From Eledone cirrhosa (taxonomy: Eukaryota): 64,000 bases of DNA. The notes below the pieces were generated by a model, which was not told the DNA's origin, made no database searches, and saw nothing but the letters and a program-made list of their open reading frames with translations. The position numbers and the translations under genes are program-made. The DNA is taken from NCBI GenBank assembly GCA_964016885.1, contig OZ024752.1:4526001-4590000 (forward strand). The letters run 5' to 3'. The number at the start of each line of letters is the position of its first letter. Within the stretch, counting starts at the first letter, position 1. Below, piece by piece: positions 38,619 to 49,675 of this stretch.

Positions 38619-41190
38619 AGTGGTGGTGGTGGTGGTAGCGGTGGTGGTGGTGGTGGTGGTGATACTACTGATTGTTGTGGTGGTGGTGGTGGTAGCGGTG
38701 GTGGTGGTGGTGGTGGTGATACTACTGATTGTTGTGGTGGTGGTGGTGGTAGCGGTGGTGATACTACTGACTGTTGTGGTGGTGGTGGTAGCGGTGGTGA
38801 TACTACTGATTGTTGTGGTGGTGGTGGTAGCGGTGGTGATACTACTGATTGTTGTGGTGGTGGTGGTAGCGGTGGTGATGATACTACTGATTGTTGTGGT
38901 GGTGGTGGTGGTAGCGGTGGTGATACTACTGACTGTTGTGGTGGTGGTGGTAGCGGTGGTGGTGATACTACTGATTGTTGTGGTGGTGGTGGTGGTAGCG
39001 CTGGTGGTGGTGATACTACTGATTGTGGTGGTGGTGGTGGTAGTGGTGGTGGTGGTACTACTGATTGTTGTGGTGGTGGTGGTAGCGGTGGTGATGATAC
39101 TACTGATTGTTGTGGTGGTGGTGGTAGTGGTGGTGGTAATACTACTGATTGTTGTGGTGGTGGAGGTAGTGATACTACTGACTGTTGTGGTGGTGGTGGT
39201 AGTGGTGGTGGTGATACTACTGATTGTTGTGGTGGTGGTGGTAGCGGTGGTGGTGATACTACTGATTGTTGTGGTGGTGGTGGTAGTGATACTACTGACT
39301 GTTGTGGTGGTGGTGGTAGTGGTGGTGGTAATACTACTGATTGTTGTGGTGGTGGAGGTAGTGATACTACTGACTGTTGTGGTGGTGGTGGTAGTGGTGG
39401 TGGTGATACTACTGATTGTTGTGGTGGTGGTGGTAGTGGTGGTGGTAATACTACTGATTGTTGTGGTGGTGGAGGTAGTGATACTACTGACTGTTGTGGT
39501 GGTGGTGGTAGTGGTGGTGGTGATACTACTGATTGTTGTGGTGGTGGTGGTAGTGGTGGTGGTAATACTACTGATTGTTGTGGTGGTGGAGGTAGTGGTG
39601 GTGGTAATACTACTGATTGTTGTGGTGGTGGTGGTAGCGGTGGTGGTGATACTACTGATTGTTGTGGTGGTGGTGGTAGCGCTGGTGATGATACTACTGA
39701 TTGTTGTGGTGGTGGTGGTAGCGCTGGTGATGATACTACTGATTGTTGTGGTGGTGGTGGTAGTGGTGGTGGTAATACTACTGATTGTTGTGGTGGTGGT
39801 GGTAGCGGTGGTGGTGATACTACTGATTGTTGTGGTGGTGGTGGTAGCGGTGGTGATGATACTACTGATTGTTGTGGTGGTGGTGGTAGTGGTGGTGGTG
39901 ATACTACTGATTGTTGTGGTGGTGGTGGTAGCGGTGGTGATGATACTACTGATTGTTGTGGTGGTGGTGGTAGTGGTGGTGGTGATACTACTGATTGTTG
40001 TGGTGGTGGAGGTAGTGATACTACTGACTGTTGTGGTGGTGGTGGTAGTGGTGGTGGTGATACTACTGATTGTTGTGGTGGTGGTGGTAGTGGTGGTGGT
40101 AATACTACTGATTGTTGTGGTGGTGGAGGTAGTGATACTACTGATTGTTGTGGTGGTGGTGGTAGTGGTGGTGATGATACTACTGATTGTTGTGGTGGTG
40201 GAGGTAGTGATACTACTGACTGTTGTGGTGGTGGTGGTAGTGGTGGTGGTGATACTACTGATTGTTGTGGTGGTGGTGGTAGTGATACTACTGACTGTTG
40301 TGGTGGTGGTGGTAGTGGTGGTGGTAATACTACTGATTGTTGTGGTGGTGGTGGTAGCGGTGGTGGTGATACTACTGATTGTTGTGGTGGTGGTAGTAGC
40401 ACTGGTGATGATACTACTGATTGTTGTGGTGGTGGAGGTAGTGATACTACTGACTGTTGTGGTGGTGGTGGTAGTGGTGGTGGTAATACTACTGATTGTT
40501 GTGGTGGTGGTGGTAGCGGTGGTGGTGATACTACTGATTGTTGTGGTGGTGGTGGTAGCGCTGGTGATGATACTACTGATTGTTGTGGTGGTGGTGGTAG
40601 CGCTGGTGATGATACTACTGATTGTTGTGGTGGTGGTGGTAGTGGTGGTGGTAATACTACTGATTGTTGTGGTGGTGGTGGTAGCGGTGGTGGTGATACT
40701 ACTGATTGTTGTGGTGGTGGTGGTAGCGGTGGTGATGATACTACTGATTGTTGTGGTGGTGGTGGTAGTGGTGGTGGTGATACTACTGATTGTTGTGGTG
40801 GTGGTGGTAGCGGTGGTGATGATACTACTGATTGTTGTGGTGGTGGTGGTAGCGGTGGTGATGATACTACTGATTGTTGTGGTGGTGGTGGTAGCGGTGG
40901 TGGTGATACTACTGATTGTTGTGGTGGTGGTGGTAGCGGTGGTGGTGATACTACTGATTGTTGTGGTGGTGGTGGTAGTGGTGGTGATGATACTACTGAT
41001 TGTTGTGGTGGTGGTGGTAGCGGTGGTGGTGGTAGTGGTGGTGGTAATACTACTGATTGTTGTGGTGGTGGTAGCGGTGGTGGTGGTACTACTGATTGTT
41101 GTGGTGGTGGTGGTAGCGGTGGTGGTGGTAGCGGTGGTGGTGATACTACTGATTATTGTGGTGGTAGTGGTAGTTATTGTTGCGGTTGGG
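38619..41190. repeat. GGT-based compound minisatellite ((GGT)n AGY (GGT)n GAT ACT ACT GAY TGT TGT), ~30-42-bp units
   Basis: Direct; open in several frames ([14 protein letters not shown], poly-V, PPPQQSVV). Confidence 0.9.
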
Positions 41191-41344
41191 TGCTAGTACT
41201 GGTGGTGGTAGTGGCATAAGTAGTGGTGATGTTACATCCCACAAACCCACAACAAACATATACAACACTACAACTAACAACTTAAACTGTATTTCAAGAC
41301 CGGAACCAGTTTTTTAACATATGGTAACTTAAATGAAGAAATTT

Positions 41345-42904
41345 ACCAGTATGCAAAAAGGGAAGGTCGGGGTGTACACATCGAGCCATACCTACCTACT
41401 TATCACCAGTATGCAAAAAGGGAAGGTCGGGGTGTACACATCGAGCCATACCTACCTACTTATCACCAGTATGCAAAAAGGGAAGGTCGGGGTGTACACA
41501 TCGAGCCATACCCACCTACTTATCACCAGTATGCAAAAAGGGAAGGTCGGGGTGTACACATCGAGCCATACCTACCTACTTATCACCAGTATGCAAAAAG
41601 GGAAGGTCGGGGTGTACACATCGAGCCATACCTACCTACTTATCACCAGTATGCAAAAAGGGAAGGTCGGGGTGTACACATCGAGCCATACCTACCTACT
41701 TATCACCAGTATGCAAAAAGGGAAGGTCGGGGTGTACACATCGAGCCATACCTACCTACTTATCACCAGTATGCAAAAAGGGAAGGTCGGGGTGTACACA
41801 TCGAGCCATACCCACCTACTTATCACCAGTATGCAAAAAGGGAAGGTCGGGGTGTACACATCGAGCCATACCTACCTACTTATCACCAGTATGCAAAAAG
41901 GGAAGGTCGGGGTGTACACATCGAGCCATACCTACCTACTTATCACCAGTATGCAAAAAGGGAAGGTCGGGGTGTACACATCGAGCCATACCCACCTACT
42001 TATCACCAGTATGCAAAAAGGGAAGGTCGGGGTGTACACATCGAGCCATACCCACCTACTTATCACCAGTATGCAAAAAGGGAAGGTCGGGGTGTACACA
42101 TCGAGCCATACCTACCTACTTATCACCAGTATGCAAAAAGGGAAGGTCGGGGTGTACACATCGAGCCATACCCACCTACTTATCACCAGTATGCAAAAAG
42201 GGAAGGTCGGGGTGTACACATCGAGCCATACCTACCTACTTATCACCAGTATGCAAAAAGGGAAGGTCGGGGTGTACACATCGAGCCATACCCACCTACT
42301 TATCACCAGTATGCAAAAAGGGAAGGTCGGGGTGTACACATCGAGCCATACCTACCTACTTATCACCAGTATGCAAAAAGGGAAGGTCGGGGTGTACACA
42401 TCGAGCCATACCTACCTACTTATCACCAGTATGCAAAAAGGGAAGGTCGGGGTGTACACATCGAGCCATACCCACCTACTTATCACCAGTATGCAAAAAG
42501 GGAAGGTCGGGGTGTACACATCGAGCCATACCCACCTACTTATCACCAGTATGCAAAAAGGGAAGGTCGGGGTGTACACATCGAGCCATACCTACCTACT
42601 TATCACCAGTATGCAAAAAGGGAAGGTCGGGGTGTACACATCGAGCCATACCCACCTACTTATCACCAGTATGCAAAAAGGGAAGGTCGGGGTGTACACA
42701 TCGAGCCATACCTACCTACTTATCACCAGTATGCAAAAAGGGAAGGTCGGGGTGTACACATCGAGCCATACCCACCTACTTATCACCAGTATGCAAAAAG
42801 GGAAGGTCGGGGTGTACACATCGAGCCATACCTACCTACTTATCACCAGTATGCAAAAAGGGAAGGTCGGGGTGTACACATCGAGCCATACCTACCTACT
42901 TATC
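41345..42904. repeat. 60-bp minisatellite, 26 copies, one variable site
   Basis: ACCAGTATGCAAAAAGGGAAGGTCGGGGTGTACACATCGAGCCATACCYACCTACTTATC. Confidence 0.97.
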
Positions 42905-43194
42905 TACCTCTTGGTAGCAGGGAAAACGGATTTTAAATGATGATGATATATACTTGTAGATATGTATGTGTGTATAAACATACATGTATGTAAATACATA
43001 TATATATAAACATACACACATACATACATTCTTCTATGTATGTGTATGCGTACATGAAATACAATAAATTGGTCCAACCCTTGCTAGAAGGGGAAGCGAC
43101 CATTAAAATGATGATAATAATGATGATATAATTTGTCTCATTTTATCACAGAAGTGTTTATCACGCACACAAACACACACACACATATATGTAT

Positions 43195-43710
43195 ACAGGG
43201 AAAGTTAGCAGTAGTAATCGCAGTGATAGACACATTTTTCCAATGCAGGTGGGTTCTATAGAAGTGGTTGATAGCTTCTGGTACCTAGGTGATCAGATTA
43301 GCATGGGAGGAGGATGTTCCGAGGCCATAGTATCTAGAATAAGGATGGGTTGGAAGAAGTTTAGGGAGCTGCTTCCTTTGTTGACAAAGAAGGGTTTCTC
43401 CCTGCATACGAAAGGATGGTTATATGATGCCTGTATGAGATGCGCGATGCTGCATGGTAGTGAGACATGGGCAGCAACTGCAGAGGATATGCGACGGCTG
43501 GAGAGAAATGAAGCTAGTATGCTCCGTTGGATGTACAATGTCAATGTGCGTGAACGACCAAGCATAGATGAGTTGAGAAAGGAACTGGGTATAAGAGGGA
43601 TAAGTTGTGGTGTGCGGGAGAGAAGGCTGAGATGGTATGGACCTGTGATGCACATGGAGGATAACCGCTGGGTAAAGAAGTGCCAATAAATCCCAGTAGA
43701 AGTAGACCAC
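43195..43710 (+). pseudogene. RTE LINE ORF C-terminal fragment
   Basis: EVVDSFWYLGD...RIRMGWKKFREL...AMLHGSETW...RERRLRWYG. Confidence 0.9.
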
Positions 43711-44757
43711 GTAATATATATATATATTTATTAAAATAACAGATTAAAGTTTAAGCAAAGAATTGCTGCTTTCACCCTTAACGGGATCTTCTGATCTTAT
43801 ATATTTGATATATATTTATCCTTATCGAGCCCTCTTTGGATTTTAGTCTTCAAATTTATTATTATTACTATATATATATATATATATACACACACACATA
43901 TACACATATATATACATACAGACACACATACACGCACACACACACACATTCACACATACACACACACAGATACCAGAAGGAAAGCATTTAGCTGAAGAAA
44001 AATATATAAAGCAATGCATAAACAAATCTATGTCTAAAGTCTAAACTATAAATGTGATAAACTAAATATTTAAGCATTGAAGAATAGAATTGCTTACTGA
44101 AGGTGGTATTTATATATACATGGCATCTCTATTTACTTACACAACTTAATTGAATCATACTTAGTGGAAATTTCTCACCAGATACAACCTCTCATCTTAT
44201 ATTGCTAAGTTCTCTTTAATACTATTAATATTCTTAACTAAAGCTGTGTTCTGGGAAATATGGTACAATTCTCTGTTGATTAGATGAATTCATTCACCAT
44301 TTATCATTGTAACAGCTGTCTCTCTCTCTTCTCTCTCTGTCTCTCTCTCTCTCTCTCTGTCTCTGTCCTTCTCTCTCCTTCTCCTCTCTCCCTCTTGCTC
44401 TCTTTCTCTTGCTCTCTCTCTCTCGCCTTCTCTCCTCCTCCTCCTCTCTCTCTCTCCTATTTCTTGTTCTCTTCATCTTGCTGTCTCATTCTTTCTCTTT
44501 ATCGTATTCTCTCCTCATTCTCTCTAGCTTGTATCTCTCTCTCTCTCTCTGTCTCTCTCACCTGTCACTTTCTCTCCTTCCCTCCATCCATCTCTCTCCC
44601 TCTCCCTGTAACATACATACATATACTTATGTATGTATATATATGGATGTGTGTGGATGTATGTATGTGTATCACCATCATTATCACCACCTTTCTCAGT
44701 TGGATGTTTCCAGACAATGGTTTACAACCAGATGTCCTTCCTCACACCTCTTACGAA

Positions 44758-44795
<38 letters not shown>

Positions 44796-45014
44796 TCACA
44801 CATACACACACACACATATACACATTGGAATTTCGGACATATAAAGCCCACCCCAATTTGGTTACCTAATCTGTACCCCCCCCCCCCCCCCGAATACCCT
44901 AGCTGAAGGGAACAGTCAATTAAACCAGCCCCAGTAACAACGGTGTTGTTTTATCACCCTTCCCAGGATTTGCACTCACAGCATAAAAGGACAGCCTAAA
45001 AGGCTTTGTAGCTT

Positions 45015-45490
45015 TAATAATAATAATAATCGTTTCTACTTTTGGCACAAGGCCAGCAATTATCCCAGTACATTACTGGTACTTTAATAATAATAATAAT
45101 CGTTTCTACTTTTGGCACAAGGCCAGCAATTATCCCAGTACATTACTGGTACTTTAATAATAATAATAATCGTTTCTACTTTTGGCACAAGGCCAGCAAT
45201 TATCCCAGTACATTACTGGTACTTTAATAATAATAATAATTGTTTCTACTTTTGGCACAAGGCCAGCAATTATCCCAGTACATTACTGGTACTTTAATAA
45301 TAATAATAATTGTTTCTACTTTTGGCACAAGGCCAGCAATTATCCCAGTACATTACTGGTACTTTAATAATAATAATAATCGTTTCTACTTTTGGCACAA
45401 GGCCAGCAATTATCCCAGTACATTACTGGTACTTTAATAATAATAATAATCGTTTCTACTTTTGGCACAAGGCCAGCAATTATCCCAGTG
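45015..45490. repeat. 70-bp minisatellite x~7 derived from the SINE family A tail
   Basis: Unit is the reverse complement of AAAGTACCAGTAATG..CTGGGATAATTGCTGGCCTTGTGCC..AAGTAGAAAC(ATT)n. Confidence 0.9.
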
Positions 45491-45509
45491 CCTTAATGAT
45501 TAGGATGAT

Positions 45510-45735
45510 AATAATAGTTTCTGATTTAGGCACAAGGCCAACAATTGTTTTGGGGGAGTGGAAAATCGATTAAATCGATCCCAGTGCATTACTGGTACTT
45601 TATGTTATCGACCCTGTAAGGATGAAAGGCAAACCTTACCTCGATGGTATTTGAACTCAGAACGTAAAGGGCCATAATTCTATGCTAGAGAGCATGGTGT
45701 CTAATGCTCCACTGATTCCTCCCAATCCACCACCC
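45510..45735 (-). mobile_element. SINE family A
   Basis: Reverse complement of the consensus. Confidence 0.8.
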
Positions 45736-47056
45736 TAGATTTGTACTCACAACATAAAAGGACACCCTAAAAGGCCTTGCAGTAATAATAACAATAGAAA
45801 CAAAATATTGAAATAGAAATTAAGCACCATTAGAATGTTTACGCCTACAAAGTTTAATTGCTTTAAAAAGAAAAAAAATCTTCAGTAGGAAAAGATTTAT
45901 GAGTTTTAAAAATGCTTTCTCGTGTAAAGTTTTTAATGTTAATCTGAAAGCTGAATCTTAAAATACCAGATGGTGAAACATACAACCACCTTACCCCTTC
46001 CCAGCATTCCCTGTCATTAATCATTGAGTTTGTGTGTCTGTGTGTCTGTGTGTGTGTATAGATATATATGTCTGTGTGTGTGTATGTATAGATATGTGTT
46101 TTTGTATATAAATATATATATATATATATGTACACACACACATATATATATGTATGTATATAACTGTATGTGTGTGTGTGTGTGTGCATCAGTGTGAGTA
46201 GGGAAATGGTATTTTTCTTGTTTATTTTTTTGTTGTGTATTTTGGAAATTAATTTAGTGTAGTTGAAATTTGAAGTGAGCAAGTTGCTTCATTTGTTTTT
46301 CCCAGCCAAAATTAATATGATGTCCAAATTAAAGTTCTTAACAATTCCAGAAAACCAACACCAAATAACCAATTTTCTCTTCTTTCACTTTTCTTTTTTC
46401 TTTTTGCTACCATCCACCATACTACCAGCGCCACACCCTCACCTTTAAAAAATATGAAACAGTTTTTTATTCCATTGTTTTGTTTTGTTGTCTGGAGTTT
46501 TGCTTTTCTTGTCCAGTAATTCATTTAGAAATTTTCTTGCAAAGAACATGCTCACAAACACACTCATATATATATGTATATATATATGTATATGTTTCTT
46601 TTCAATGGCTGATAATTCCTTACTGGCGCCACTCAAGTAAGGTAATTATTTAACCCATAAATGGGGCCCTAACAGGTACTACTGCTCCTGGACCAGAGCA
46701 GAACTGGGAATGATAACAACTAAGGTGTAACTCCACATTCCCCACCCCTCTTGAACTCCTGAACTGGAGCCTTGCAGTTTAATGTGATACCCAGGACATA
46801 AGATACACACTCACATATATATATATAATTGTTTCTACGTTTGGCACAAGGCCAGCAATTACCCAGTGCATTACTGGTACTTTATTTTATCGACCCCGTA
46901 AGGATGAATCAAAACATATCAAATATGTTAAAACTTTGTGTTTCTCAATAAGTGAGCTCAATAGACTTTATCTAGAGCCATAATAAACCAAATGAAAAAG
47001 ATATATGTGTATATATAGAGAGAAAGAGTCATATATTGTACAAGAAACATAGTATA

Positions 47057-48035
47057 TCTGTATATATATAAAATTAAGTATGTGTGTGTGTGTCTGTGTA
47101 TTGCCTATAGGAGCCTACATCTTACGACCGATTTTCATGAAACTTTACAGGCTCATAGATTAGCGATCGGGGAGTGTTTTCTATATATCAGCGTATCTTT
47201 TTTTTTTATTCCAGGGTCATTCTGCAGATAAAAATCGATAGTGGAGTCACCTTTTTTTAGGTATCAAAAAATAAGAATTTTGGCTCTGGCTCCCACATTT
47301 TGCCACCGATTTCGTTCCAATTTTAAAGCAAAATAGAATTTATCATTGCACATCCTGTAATAGCTTTATACTTTGCATTTGTTGTTTATGGATGGCGTGG
47401 CAGCTGCTTAAATATTTAAAAATACCACTTTTTAGACTTTTTTGGCTCTAGCTCCCACATTAATCAACCTACTTTGTTCAAATTTTACACTATGCTAGAT
47501 CTGATTATTTCGCGTCTTAAAGTGGCTTTACATTTTGGATCTTTTGTTCAGGAACGGCGTGGCAGCCACTTAATTATTCGAAAATACCTTTTCTCTCAAA
47601 TTTCTGCCACATTTTTCAACCGATTTCGTTCAAATTTGAAACGTTGGCTCCACCTCACACATAAATCAATTTATTTGGTTCAACTTTTATACTACGATAG
47701 AACCTATCATTGCACATCTTATAGATGGTCAAAGGCAAAACGATGGCCACGGACGTCGTCTGAGATTTTAGTTGTGTATTTGAGAATTCATCGGTTTCCA
47801 ATCAAGTAGCGTGAGGAAATTTGTCTTAGTGTTAGAGGTCATTACCTACCTCCCCCAGCATGCCCCTTCGTCAGTCACCCGCGTTTCTCAGTGATAGAGG
47901 TCATCACCACCCTCCCCCGCATGGCCTGTGTGAGGCCATAGATGAGTCATCGAGAAGCAGTCGCTAAGATCAACACCTTTTCATCAAAGCAGATATTATT
48001 TTACCTTCCCAGACAACGCTGGGTACTGCTGCTAG
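47057..48035 (+). mobile_element. Non-autonomous Helitron
   Basis: A|TCTGTATATATATAAAA 5' end, subterminal hairpin CCCAG-ACAACG-CTGGG, 3' CTAG|T, no TSD, internal diverged subrepeats (CCACATTTT...CCGATTT). Confidence 0.75.
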
Positions 48036-48204
48036 TTGTATATATACCAAATACATATAGAGCTATTTCACACCTGGAGAGTGTGGCTAAAAATCGATCT
48101 ATATAATCGATCATTACAAAATCAATCAATATAATCGATCATCGAAGACTCTTGTACGATATATGGTTCTTTCTCTCTATATATATTCATATATCTTTTT
48201 CATT

Positions 48205-48268
<64 letters not shown>

Positions 48269-49263
48269 TATCATCATCATTATCACCATCAATGAGCTTT
48301 TATCTTCTGATGGAATTGTAAGGGATGTGGCCTTTCTTTAGCAATAAAACACTTGTGGAGTTCATCTCTCTAAGTTTGACCAAAACTGACTTCTTTCAGA
48401 GAGTGAGTGAAAGGGAGACAAAACATGTGGGAGGAGAACCCTTAACCCTAGTACTGCTTAGAATGAAAGGCTTAGATGATCCCAGCAGTATTTGAACATA
48501 GTCAGAAGAAATACCATACAGTATTCTTAGATGTTCTAACATCTCCTTAATGTAAACAACACAACACAATGAATAAACGATGTATGTACTCTCAAATCTC
48601 CATTAATGGTCACTACCCCCCCTCCCCCCCCATCCTGTCCTTATTCCAACTCCACTGCTTATTTATTTTAAGTGGTAGTATTCCTGCGACAACAAATATT
48701 CTTTATACATTATAAAACATTTTACATGACAAAAAAAATTAAGTTTCTAGAAATACCATATGTTATAAAATAAATAAGATGGGTTGAGGTCTCAATATGT
48801 AAACTAAACAACCAATTCTGGTTTTAAAATGGAGTCAACCTAGAAAAATTACTGATTTCCCAACCGCACCACTTATTCCAGCCTCACCATGTATCAATAA
48901 ATTTTATTTGAGGTGCTAAGCAGTGGGATCAACCCTGATAGTATGTGGTTGTGAAGCAAACTCCTTAACTATACAGATGTTTGTACCTAAGCAGAAACAT
49001 CCATGTATTGTGTTAAAATAATTCTCATTTCTCTGTCACTTCAGAAATGGATGTTAAGTTGTTATTGTTAAATGTGTTTCTTCTATCTAAATTCAGATTC
49101 ATACCACCATTTATATGAATGTAAAGTTCTCCTTTATCCCACAACTATTTATTTTATTGTGATATGACACACAGACATGTGTACATCTATCTCTTTATAC
49201 ATACATATATTCGTAGTTTATTGAAATAACTCTTAACTCTTATGTAGGTGTGATATACATTAT

Positions 49264-49310
<47 letters not shown>

Positions 49311-49442
49311 CAAAAGGGATATTCAATTTGTTGGTAATTCAACAAATATAAATGTTTATAACTGATTCAGAGCACTCAAGTTTTCTGGAGTATAATATTC
49401 AATGATATTTAATAAATGGAAACTATATTATAAAACCATATT

Positions 49443-49503
49443 TATTCTATTATATATATTTCAAGGGTACCAAAACTTTGGTACGCTTTCATCAGATAAA
49501 ATA
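49443..49503 (-). ncRNA. Minimal type I hammerhead ribozyme
   Basis: Minus strand: TATTTTAT-CTGATGA-AAGCGTACCAA[AGTT]TTGGTACCCTT-GAAA-TATATAT-A-ATAGAATA. Confidence 0.75.
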
Positions 49504-49614
49504 CGAAGTGTGTTTTATAAATTTTGACATAACCAAGAAAAGATACCTTAACGGTTCAAGTTTTTCTTAAGATATCTTTTCTTGGCTATGTCAAAATTTA
49601 TAAAACAAACTTTG

Positions 49615-49675
49615 TATTTTATCTGATGAAAACGTACCAAAGTTTTGGTACCCTTGAAATATATATAATAGAATA
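49615..49675 (+). ncRNA. Minimal type I hammerhead ribozyme
   Basis: TATTTTAT-CTGATGA-AAACGTACCAA[AGTT]TTGGTACCCTT-GAAA-TATATAT-A-ATAGAATA; predicted cut after A49667 (AUA triplet). Confidence 0.7.

Noticed and set aside
8004-45490. Regular arrays (68, 44, 28/29, 60, 70 bp) as CRISPR-like arrays
   Set aside because: Head-to-tail units without unique spacers, no cas genes, eukaryotic context
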